From NCBI GenBank assembly GCA_964035545.1, contig OZ037765.1, positions 34,744,080-34,808,079 of the forward strand: 64,000 bases of DNA. The letters are read 5' to 3'. The DNA comes from Bugula neritina (lineage: Eukaryota; Animalia; Bryozoa). Below are positions 1 to 8,883 of the stretch, piece after piece (position 1 is the first letter of the stretch; every line of letters begins with the position of its first letter). Position numbers and translations under genes: made by a program. A model generated the notes under the pieces. The model was given only the letters and a program-made list of their open reading frames with translations. It was not told the DNA's origin and did not search any database.

Positions 1-291
1 ACGTTCTTGGTAAGGTTGGAGCTGGTTGTGGGATACGTCTGCCTTTGGCGATGTCAGCATAAGAAAAGGCTGAGCATCGTTTCTGAGGCACGAGGTCGGA
101 ACTATTTGCTTTACGCGCATTAATTCCTCCCACTATTCCGCCCTCGCAAAAGTTGATATTTGCGTGGGGTTCACAACTCCAACATTTTATCGTACGGTTT
201 TCCCCTAGACTTTCATATGCGCCGCTTCTAATGCAGTCACATATGAAGTCTTTCAAATACGGTGGGGGTTTCCTCGTACGCTGTCCCCTTT

Positions 292-3200
292 CTAGGGGGG
301 TGACACGCTTGCCGGTTCGTTAGTAGGGGCCTCAAATGGCGTCTCTACTTCACCGTTAGTGGTCACCTCTTCTTGTTCTCCGGATGGAGCCCCTCCCTCC
401 GTGGGGGTTTGCACTTCCGGAACCGGCTCGGTTTCTGGAAGTGATGGAATTAGACTTGGCGGTGGCGGACACGCTTCTGTTGACAAAAGCTGCCGCTCCT
501 CTCTCACCAAGTTTTCCTCCCGCGGTATGACCACTTCGTATTCAGGTCCATGCCGCCGTCGCCCGCGCGTCGTTGTCTGCCTCCTGGGCTCTAACAACGG
601 GGGGGCTCCTCCCACTCCGTCAGGGCTAGCCCAATACGGTTTCAAGCGAGACTCATTCTGGATAGACACCTGTCCTGAGCGCTCAATCTTGTACGTATGA
701 TTGGGCATAGCCTCGACGACCACGTAGGGGCCTACGAACTTAGGCTTCAGTTTATCAGCCTGTCCGCGGCGCCTACGGTAATTGACCATCCACACCTTAT
801 CTCCTCTTTGATAGAGGGGTGGTTCATCGGAATCTTCGTGCCGCACCTTCCACTGCTGTTGACGCAGTATCTCGTGTGCGGCCTTCATCCGTTCCACTAG
901 TTCACTGGCATACTCGTGGACTGAGTTATCCTGCTCTGGAACGTGATAGGTGAGATGGTCAGGGACACGAGTCTCTCTCCCGAGCATCAAGAGGTTTGGA
1001 GTCTCACCAGTACTGGTGTGTGGGGTGCTACGGTATGCACGCATGACTTGCGGCAACACCGTATCCCATTCCTCTTGACCTCGTCCAAGGAGGAGACTCC
1101 GGAGCGCATCACCTAGCATCCGGTTGTTGCGCTCCACCACCCCGTTACCTTGAGGGTGGTAGGGGGTGGTCCTGCTCTGATTTACTCCCCAGAGGTGGCA
1201 AAGGTCGCTCATCAGTTGAGACTGGAATTGAGCGCCTTGATCAGAGTGTATCTGTTCGGGAAGCCCAAAATAACAGAATACATGTTGGTCTAGTGCCCTG
1301 GCCACTGTTGGGGCTGATGCATCTGGGATAGCCAGAGCATCCGCCCACCTAGTAAAGTGGTCGGTTAGTACTAGGATCCAATTATTGCCTCTGGGGGTCA
1401 GGGGCATGGGTCCGACCAGGTCTACAGCGACTACTTGCCAGGGCCTACCAGCATATAGCCTCCGCCGTCCTGCTTCACCAGGGGGGCGGCTATGCTTACT
1501 GGCCTGGCAGATCTCACACTGTTTGACTCTGAGCCGGACGTCACGCTCCATCTGCGGCCAATACCACCGGAGTCGTAATTTGGATATCACTCGCTTGACC
1601 CCTGCGTGGGCCTGCTTGTGAGTATCCCAAATCAACTCACGGCGGATGGCTGTGGGGCAGACTACCCTCTTCCTTTCCGGGTGTCTGCCGCTGGCAGCTA
1701 GAGAGATGGTTAGCAACCCATCCTGCCCGATCCGCAGCGAGTCCCAACGCTGACAGTATAGCCGGAACTCGGCGCATCCCTGTCGTATGCGTTCCTCGCT
1801 GGGTCGTCGCCCTTCCCTTTTGGCCCGGTATATGTCTGCCACGACTCCAGGCAGCTCTTCTTGGAGCTTCTTCAGCTCTCGAACATTACCGGCCAGTACA
1901 GGGTTGGCGCGGAGGTTTTGTACATCCTCCGGGGACTCATCAACTCTTTGCCTGAGTTGACCTTGATCCCAGTCAAACGGTGCTCCGTGATGAGCCAGCG
2001 TCTCCAACTCGCATCGTGGGGGACCTCCATCCCTCCTCTCGATGTTGAGACACTGTTTGCAACCTCCGTCAGGTCGGCGACTCAACCCATCCGCATTGCT
2101 GTGTCTCTTGCCCGGTCGGTGTTCGATCCGGTACGAGAATTCAGCTAGGATTTCGAGCCACCGGGCGACCTGACTGGAGGGCTCTGCTCTCCTGCACAAC
2201 CAGATCAGCGAGGCATGATCCGTACGCAGCCGGAACTTCCTGCCATATAGGTATGGTCTGAAGTGCTTCACTGACTTGATTACTGCCAGCAGCTCCTTGC
2301 GGGTAGTGCAGTAATTTCGTTCAGCGGGAGAGAGAGACTTGCTGTAGTAGGCTACTACTACTTCTCGGCCTTCCTGCACTTGCGACAGCACAGCGCCAAC
2401 ATTCTGGTCACTGGCGTCCGTGTCTAGGATGTACTCCAGAGTGGGGTCTGGGTAGGCCAAGATGGGCGCCGTTAGGAGGCAGCCCTTGAGGCGGTCGAAC
2501 GCTTCTTGTTCGACTGGAGTCCACTGCCACGTCACTCCCTTTGCGGTAAGCCGGTTTAACGGCTGGGCTATGCCCGCAAAGTCTGGTATGTATTGCCTGT
2601 AATACCCTACCAGCCCCAAGAAAGCCCGGAGTCCGGTCAAGTCTTGAGGGGTGACCCAGTCTTCTACCGCCCGTACCTTTTCGGGATCCGTTGCCACGCC
2701 GTTTCGACCGACAACGTGCCCCAGGTACTTGACCTCCGGCTGCAACAGAGCGCACTTGGAAGGTTTGAGCTTAAGACCGGCACCTCGGAGTCTCTCGAAA
2801 ACCTCCTGCAGACGACTGACATGTGTCTCGAAGTCTGGAGAGATTACGATGACATCATCGAGGTAGACCAGCAGTGTCTTCCAATGGAGTCCGCTAAGGA
2901 CTTGTTCCATCAGCCTCTGGAAGGTGGCTGGGGCGGAGGTTAACCCGAAGGGCAGCACCTTCCACTTCCACAAACCGTCCCGTGTGATAAACGCCGCTTT
3001 CTCTTGGGCGTCGGGACTCAGAGGAACCTGCCAATAGCCGCTTAGCAAGTCTAACGTACTGAAGTACTTGCTGCCGGCTAGGGCGTCCAATGACTCGTCA
3101 ATACGAGGTAGAGGGTAGGCGTCCTGTATGGTTACGCTATTGAGTTTGCGGTAGTCCACACAGAACCGCCAACTGCCGTCTTTCTTCCGGACCAGTACGA

Positions 3201-4230
3201 CTGGCGAGCTCCACGCACTATGGGCGGGCTCTATCAGTCCCCGGTCCAGAAGATCCCGTACTTGTCGGCTAACCTCCTTCTCTTTCTCCGGCCCCAGCCT
3301 GCGCGTGGGCTGCCGGACAGGGACTGTCCCTGCAGTCAGCGGTATTTCGTGTCTGACAATTCCAGTCAGTCCCACGTCATTCTCCCCGCTGCTGAACACA
3401 TCACCGTAGTCGCGTAGTAACTTGGCCATAGCTTGGCGTTCTCTGTTACTCGCGCAGCCGCCACTGGCTGTTTCGTATAACTCCCGGAGATGTGTCGGGA
3501 CTGCCCCTCGTCCCTGAATAGGGTGTCGAGGGGGTGCCTCCGTCGCGTCACCCAGCGACGGGCCCACGTCCTCTTCCTGGACGGAATGGAACCGGCCCAG
3601 CATTGACCCAGCTGGGAGCTCAATGGGCTCGGTAAAGGGGTTGACGCACTGCACTAAGACCTCCCCTCGCTCAGTTAGTCGGTTTAAACTACTGGCGAGT
3701 TGGATCTTTTCGTGCGCGTTTTCAACGACCCCGAGCCTGGCTATCCGGTTGCTGTTCACTCGGCAGTGGATAGTAGCTCTGGAGCGTCCGGGTACGGTGC
3801 AGTTCCGAACTACCTGAACACCGCCCACCAGAGGACGCCCAAACTTATCCACACAGGCGAGTTCTCGCCCGCCCATCAGCACCACCGACTTACTAAAATC
3901 TATTCGGCACTGGTGTTGCTTCAAGAAGGGCATGCCGAGGATAGCATCTTCCTCCAGTTGACCTATGATAAAGGTCTCCTGTACAGCCTGATCTCGGACA
4001 CGCCCAGGGAGCTCGATAATACCATAAAAGGGGATACATGACCCGTCTGCCAGGGTGCCATGTTCTCCAGTATACGGTCGTACTCTATCCCTGTCCCGGC
4101 GGGGCAGTGCCTCAAAGACTCTACGGCTGAGAAGGTTGGTAGTACAACCGGAGTCGAGCAGGAAAGTGACGGCGTTGCCGGCCACCTTTCCGGGTAGGAA
4201 ATAGCTCTCTCCATGTGGTTGTACTTTCAC
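292..4230 (-). CDS. pol: Pol polyprotein (aspartic protease, reverse transcriptase, RNase H, integrase)
   Basis: Protease LLDSG; RT motifs WRFCVDYRKLN, LPFGL and YLDD; RNase H DTDAS and LRTDH; integrase HHCC (HKQAH...CEIC), DDE core (VDLVGP, HSDQG, GVVE) and GPY motif (KFVGPY). The GTG start given by the ORF caller is probably not the real start (see findings). Confidence 0.96.
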   Translation of the reverse strand: MKVQPHGESYFLPGKVAGNAVTFLLDSGCTTNLLSRRVFEALPRRDRDRVRPYTGEHGTLADGSCIPFYGIIELPGRVRDQAVQETFIIGQLEEDAILGMPFLKQHQCRIDFSKSVVLMGGRELACVDKFGRPLVGGVQVVRNCTVPGRSRATIHCRVNSNRIARLGVVENAHEKIQLASSLNRLTERGEVLVQCVNPFTEPIELPAGSMLGRFHSVQEEDVGPSLGDATEAPPRHPIQGRGAVPTHLRELYETASGGCASNRERQAMAKLLRDYGDVFSSGENDVGLTGIVRHEIPLTAGTVPVRQPTRRLGPEKEKEVSRQVRDLLDRGLIEPAHSAWSSPVVLVRKKDGSWRFCVDYRKLNSVTIQDAYPLPRIDESLDALAGSKYFSTLDLLSGYWQVPLSPDAQEKAAFITRDGLWKWKVLPFGLTSAPATFQRLMEQVLSGLHWKTLLVYLDDVIVISPDFETHVSRLQEVFERLRGAGLKLKPSKCALLQPEVKYLGHVVGRNGVATDPEKVRAVEDWVTPQDLTGLRAFLGLVGYYRQYIPDFAGIAQPLNRLTAKGVTWQWTPVEQEAFDRLKGCLLTAPILAYPDPTLEYILDTDASDQNVGAVLSQVQEGREVVVAYYSKSLSPAERNYCTTRKELLAVIKSVKHFRPYLYGRKFRLRTDHASLIWLCRRAEPSSQVARWLEILAEFSYRIEHRPGKRHSNADGLSRRPDGGCKQCLNIERRDGGPPRCELETLAHHGAPFDWDQGQLRQRVDESPEDVQNLRANPVLAGNVRELKKLQEELPGVVADIYRAKREGRRPSEERIRQGCAEFRLYCQRWDSLRIGQDGLLTISLAASGRHPERKRVVCPTAIRRELIWDTHKQAHAGVKRVISKLRLRWYWPQMERDVRLRVKQCEICQASKHSRPPGEAGRRRLYAGRPWQVVAVDLVGPMPLTPRGNNWILVLTDHFTRWADALAIPDASAPTVARALDQHVFCYFGLPEQIHSDQGAQFQSQLMSDLCHLWGVNQSRTTPYHPQGNGVVERNNRMLGDALRSLLLGRGQEEWDTVLPQVMRAYRSTPHTSTGETPNLLMLGRETRVPDHLTYHVPEQDNSVHEYASELVERMKAAHEILRQQQWKVRHEDSDEPPLYQRGDKVWMVNYRRRRGQADKLKPKFVGPYVVVEAMPNHTYKIERSGQVSIQNESRLKPYWASPDGVGGAPPLLEPRRQTTTRGRRRHGPEYEVVIPREENLVREERQLLSTEACPPPPSLIPSLPETEPVPEVQTPTEGGAPSGEQEEVTTNGEVETPFEAPTNEPASVSPP

Positions 4231-4577
4231 CCCCCCCCCGCATGTGCTGTCCTGGTTTGACAGGACGGCGGGGGTTTCACCCGTGGTTTACGGGGCTTCC
4301 GGCGGCGAGGTTGGTGCCGGCGGGGTTTGGGCCTCTCCACTGGGCCTTCTGGCTCCATTTCAGTGGCGGGCTCCTCCTCCCGAGGTAACCGGTGAAACCG
4401 GTTAGCGAGTGGCAGGGAAAAGGTACTGGGCCGTTGTGCGGGCCTACTAGTCCTGCGTGGTACCTGCCACTCGGGTAGAATGTTCCGCCGTGTCCGTACG
4501 GACAGACGACGGCGTGTTCCACCATACTCCTTTAGTTGCGGCCCGCGGGGAGGGAGAGTGTCCGCGGGCCGTGACAG
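4227..4577 (-). CDS. Putative transframe segment between gag and protease (116 codons, -1 frame relative to gag)
   Basis: Hand translation gives LSRPADTLPPRGPQLKEYGGTRRRLSVRTRRNILPEWQVPRRTSRPAQRPSTFSLPLANRFHRLPREEEP...RRRKPRKPRVKPPPSCQTRTAHAGGG*. It is open from the slippery site to the G10 run and contains an LxNRFxxL motif common in retroelement proteins. Confidence 0.65.
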   Translation of the reverse strand: MSRPADTLPPRGPQLKEYGGTRRRLSVRTRRNILPEWQVPRRTSRPAQRPSTFSLPLANRFHRLPREEEPATEMEPEGPVERPKPRRHQPRRRKPRKPRVKPPPSCQTRTAHAGGG

Positions 4578-4583
4578 TTTAAC
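4526..4583 (-). promoter_or_regulatory. Candidate -1 programmed ribosomal frameshift signal (G_UUA_AAC plus stem-loop or pseudoknot)
   Basis: On the minus strand, G TTA AAC is in the gag frame (4583-4577). A 5-nt spacer follows, then a 10-bp perfect stem CGGCCCGCGG/CCGCGGGCCG (4571-4562 with 4548-4539) with a 13-nt loop that can pair with downstream GGAGT (4530-4526). Confidence 0.7.
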
Positions 4584-5398
4584 GCCCCCTGGTATTGGGG
4601 TCGTCCTTTCTGTCCCTGGTCCTGATCAGCGCTACTCCAGCCTTGCCCCACAGGTGTTGGGGGCATCCGCAAGGCCTGACCGGGGCCAGCACCGGCCAGA
4701 ATGGTTACCAATTGTCCCAGCATCTCTACCATACGGTCCACTTCGGCTTCCAGCGGGAGGGCTTCGGAGCCTGTCGTAGCCCGAGCAGCGCTGACTCCAA
4801 CTACTGGTGGGTTCCGTTGTGCTTGATGCATTTGGGTAGCCAACAGGTAAGCTTCTCCAGCCTTCAGGGCATCCTCTATTCTGGTTATCCCTTTAGCTCG
4901 TAGGTGATGGTCTAGGCCCAGGTCGTTTAGGGACTGGACAAAGGCGTCATAGGTGTAACGCTCTTGGTGTTGTGCTGGCAGATCGCTATATGCAATCTGC
5001 GCCAGCTTCTTCACCGTCGCGGCATGTTCTTGCAGCGAGGTCCGCGGGGTGCGGCACAATCTCTCCAGCTTGGTCCTAGCGTCTATGACGGAGGTGCCAA
5101 AACGGGCCCGCAGCGCAGCCAGTATGCCGTCTACGTCCGTTCCCACTCCGTACGGCTTGGCTTGCTCCGTCACCGCTCTCCGCAATTGAATGAGGGCCAC
5201 TCTATGCGGCCATTGAGCAACTTCCACTACCTCTCTAAATTCTTGTATAAATTGTTCGACATCTTCCGACCCAGTAAAGGTGGGAGCTTTCAAGCAATGT
5301 CTATAAGCTTCTTCTCCTTCATGATTCACAGGATTAACAGCATTTCTACGCTCACCTTCTACTGGGGGTGGTTGCATTCTAGCGTTTTCAGTCTCCAT
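4532..5398 (-). CDS. gag: Gag-like capsid protein (288 aa); no CCHC zinc knuckle visible
   Basis: ATG lies just downstream of the PBS. KAPTFTGSEDVEQFI...W...L...ALRARFG pattern is typical of gypsy gag N-termini. It lies directly upstream of pol. Confidence 0.85.
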   Translation of the reverse strand: METENARMQPPPVEGERRNAVNPVNHEGEEAYRHCLKAPTFTGSEDVEQFIQEFREVVEVAQWPHRVALIQLRRAVTEQAKPYGVGTDVDGILAALRARFGTSVIDARTKLERLCRTPRTSLQEHAATVKKLAQIAYSDLPAQHQERYTYDAFVQSLNDLGLDHHLRAKGITRIEDALKAGEAYLLATQMHQAQRNPPVVGVSAARATTGSEALPLEAEVDRMVEMLGQLVTILAGAGPGQALRMPPTPVGQGWSSADQDQGQKGRPQYQGALNCHGPRTLSLPAGRN

Positions 5399-5412
5399 CT
5401 TTGATATACACT

Positions 5413-5430
5413 ATCCCACCGCTGCCACCA
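5413..5430 (-). promoter_or_regulatory. Primer-binding site complementary to the 3' end of tRNA-Leu
   Basis: Minus strand TGGTGGCAGCGGTGGGAT, one base after the LTR end. The plus strand ATCCCACCGCTGCCACCA matches the conserved 3' 18 nt (including CCA) of animal tRNA-Leu(AAG/TAG). Confidence 0.9.
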
Positions 5431-5431
5431 C

Positions 5432-5744
5432 TGTTATAGTTTTCTGATTTAGGGTTGATGTGCCACCAAGAGAGTCTATTTAACACTAGAGAAACTTCAC
5501 CAGTTAAGTCGAGTAGATATTGTTATATTTAATACAAGAATACATAATAAAATCCAATGTACAACAGTAATGATACGCACGTCTATTTAATTTACAGCAC
5601 TATCCTCAACTGAGCTAGTAGCGCGAAGCGGCTACTATTACTAATAAAACAGCTTAGCTAATTGGCTAATACATTGTTCCGGGTCAATACGCAACCTCGC
5701 GTATTGTGTTGCTGGTAGCTCCACGAGCCACCACACTATTAACA
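5432..5744 (-). repeat. 5' LTR (~313 bp)
   Basis: Bounded by TG...CA with an imperfect terminal inverted repeat (plus strand TGTTATAGT at 5432 and ACTATTAACA ending at 5744), adjacent to the PBS. The outer boundary is inferred because the partner LTR is not in the window. Confidence 0.7.
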
Positions 5745-7873
5745 TTAGGCCTACTAGTCAAACTACCGTTTCCTTTTTTTTTTTAAATTAGCTCAAAGTT
5801 TGATTTAAAATATAATGATAAAATCTTTATCACATTATGCTGGCTTACAGTTACTGTCAAAACTCAATTGATAATCATATTTATATTGATAAAAGCATCA
5901 CCTATAACCAAATTGAAACGGTAAATGTGATTAAATGTAAATGAGTATAATGATGAAATATTAATGCGAGTTCATGGTGATTCTATAGTTGACTGACTTA
6001 GTTCTCCAGTAAGTTACTTTTAGTCTTATTTAGGGAGTAGTAACACTAACTGAATGCATAAATAGTCTAAACTTTTAAATTTTATCATAAAAGATGAGCA
6101 AAAATTTATTCATATTTTGAAGTAATTTATTGAATTTAAATTGATTTTATAGTAAATTTCTTTAACAGATTCAGTTGCACTTAGCTAGCTTTTTTACTCA
6201 ATTAAATGCCTGAGTGGTTAATAGTTATCGAAAGATATTCCTTCAAATTGCCAATTGCAGATATCCTAGATATTCAAGTGCATAATGTGCAATTTTACTG
6301 ATAATACTATGTTAATATAGAATAATTCGATATTCTGTACATTTTAGAAAGTGGACTTGTAAGGGCATTAGAGTGAAGACTTATACCTACACAACTCTAC
6401 TACCTATCAATCTAATACTTCTAATGTAGACACTCTGAATGTTGGCTTGCAAGGTTATGGCTTCTGCTTATTTCATTCATAAAAAGGTTTGCAGTCTTTT
6501 AATGATGTGCTTGAAAAGTCTCAAGAATTTTTTTAATTTAAATTGTTCTGTTTAATTCAATAAATTTAAATGTTGATAAAATGTAGGATCACAATTAACT
6601 GCTGAAATAATAGTACCCCAAGAGTGTTTAACCAACTAATTTTTTATAATATAACTGGGTATAATTTCTAATCAAGCTATCGTTTCCTTTTGTTATTTAA
6701 AAAAGTCAACATTGTACTTCCAGCTCTGGAATAGACAATAAGTGGATAGATTGGCAGAATGGATGTCAAGTAGCAGCATCTATAATTGCTAGAAAATCAG
6801 CTGATGATAGTGATGAAGCTTTTGCCACACACATGATGTTACGTGTCCATACTCCATAAACTCATATTATGAAGACTAAAGAAGTAGAAAGATGAAAAGT
6901 GCCTTTTTTGCAAAAACCGTAGAAGCTACCTAATTTTCTTTTCTTGATAAGAGTTAATTCAAGCATAATGGTTGTATCCAGGCTGGATTTTTTACTGCAT
7001 TTAATTGGTTTTTTAAAATAATGTATTTGATGTTTTAAATGTGAATATTAATGCCTAATAAAACTCAAAAGTTCTAATAGCTGATTTTATGTTCATATTT
7101 TCAACATCTCAGCCAAATCAATTGCTAAATTTAGTTGCCGTTAGAGATTATAAAGATATTTATGAATAAATCTCGCATGATCTCATAATAGTCAAATAAT
7201 TTTCTCATAAGTGTTCTACTCATTAAGCAATAATTATGAAACAGCACAGCTCAATAGCTGCAGTTTGATATATTACACAATAATTATATTGGAGGAGAGG
7301 GAGATATTCAATGTATAAGAAGAAGCAGCTGCCATTTTGTTTTATATGACTTCCTGCTGATTTGGATGCCTAATTTAAATATCTCAACACACAAGCTTGC
7401 TGAAACATCCTCTTCTTTGCTGGAATTGTTAAACCTTTCAACCATTAAACAAAGTAAAAAGCGAATTGACAAATAAATTAGACAGAAAGTTTGGCGGCCA
7501 TATTTGACCTGATTTTATGTTGAGGCAGCATGAAATTTAGTTTAAGAGAAAGCCCAAACTTTCACAATTATTTTGATACCAAATTTGTCACTATTCCTAG
7601 TATACGAAGACCCGTTGCTAAGGCTTGTAAAATGTAAACAAATAATTCTCAACTTATTCTAGAGTTGCCAACTTTAAATGCGATTTTCTCGAAACACTAA
7701 TCTAGAAATTCTAAAAACGTTAAAGTTTTCAAATACTGATATCTCGAGTTCTATCTATGCTAGAGACTTCAAATAAAGTGCAAAATGTCTGAAAAAGTCT
7801 GCTCTATCACTCCATAGTAATAACTAAGTTTTCAATATTTTATATACATCCCCTGGTTTGTGGTGCCAGGTCA

Positions 7874-8879
7874 CATATTAATATATAACAGAGAACACAG
7901 TCTACACAGTATATTAATAGATAACAGAGAACACAGTCTACACAGTATATTAATATATAACAGAGAACACAGTCTACACAGTATATTAATATATAACAGA
8001 GAACACAGTCTACACAGGATATTAATATATAACAGAGAACACAGTCTACACAGTATATTAATATATAACAGAGAACACAGTCTACACAGTATATTAATAT
8101 ATAACAGAGAACACAGTCTACACAGTATATTAATAGATAACAGAGAACACAGTCTACAGAGTATATTAATATATAACAGAGAACACAGTCTACACAGTAT
8201 ATTAATATATAACAGAGAACACAGTCTACACAGTATATCAATAGATAACAGAGAACACAGTCTACACAGTATATTAATAGATAACAGAGAACACAGTCTA
8301 CACAGTATATTAATAGATAACAGAGAACACAGTCTACACAGTATATTAATAGATAACAGAGAACACAGTCTACAGAGTATATTAATATATAACAGAGAAC
8401 ACAGTCTACACAGTATATTAATATATAACAGAGAACACAGTCTACACAGTATATTAATATATAACAGAGAACACAGTCTACACAGTATATTAATATATAA
8501 CAGAGAACACAGTCTACAGAGTATATTAATATATAACAGAGAACACAGTCTACACAGTATATTAATAGATAACAGAGAACACAGGCTACACAGTATATTA
8601 ATATATAGCAGAGAACACAGTCTACAGAGTATATTAATATATAACAGAGAACACAGTCTACAGAGTATATTAATATATAACAGAGAACACAGTCTACAGA
8701 GTATATTAATATATAACAGAGAACACAGTCTACAGAGTATATTAATATATAACAGAGAACACAGTCTACAGAGTATATTAATAGATAACAGAGAACACAG
8801 TCTACACAGGATATTAATATATAACAGAGAACACAGTCTACACAGGATATTAATATATAACAGAGAACACAGGCTACAC
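7874..8879. repeat. 36-bp minisatellite (atattaatatataacagagaacacagtctacacagt), ~28 copies
   Basis: Direct reading; begins a few nt inside the intron from the donor at 8883. Confidence 0.95.
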
Positions 8880-8883
8880 TTAC

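Larger units (their letters stand above)
1..5744 (-). mobile_element. Ty3/gypsy (Metaviridae) LTR retrotransposon; 3' end and 3' LTR lie outside the window; inserted in a CC2D2A intron
   Basis: LTR, PBS, gag and pol in order on the minus strand. Pol domain order PR-RT-RNaseH-IN is diagnostic of Ty3/gypsy. The internal region is GC-rich against an AT-rich host background. Confidence 0.96.

Noticed and set aside
359-5404. Many short plus-strand and alternative-frame ORFs overlapping gag and pol
   Set aside because: Antisense or shadow ORFs expected in GC-rich coding sequence; no recognisable motifs.
5413-5430. tRNA gene
   Set aside because: Only the 18-nt 3'-end match including CCA is present, next to an LTR; it is a PBS, not a tRNA gene.
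5745-7873. Possible decayed DNA transposon hosting the LTR element; terminus-like sequence ...gtggtgccaggtcacata at about 7870
   Set aside because: No partner inverted repeat or recognisable transposase in the window, so it cannot be supported without a repeat-library search.
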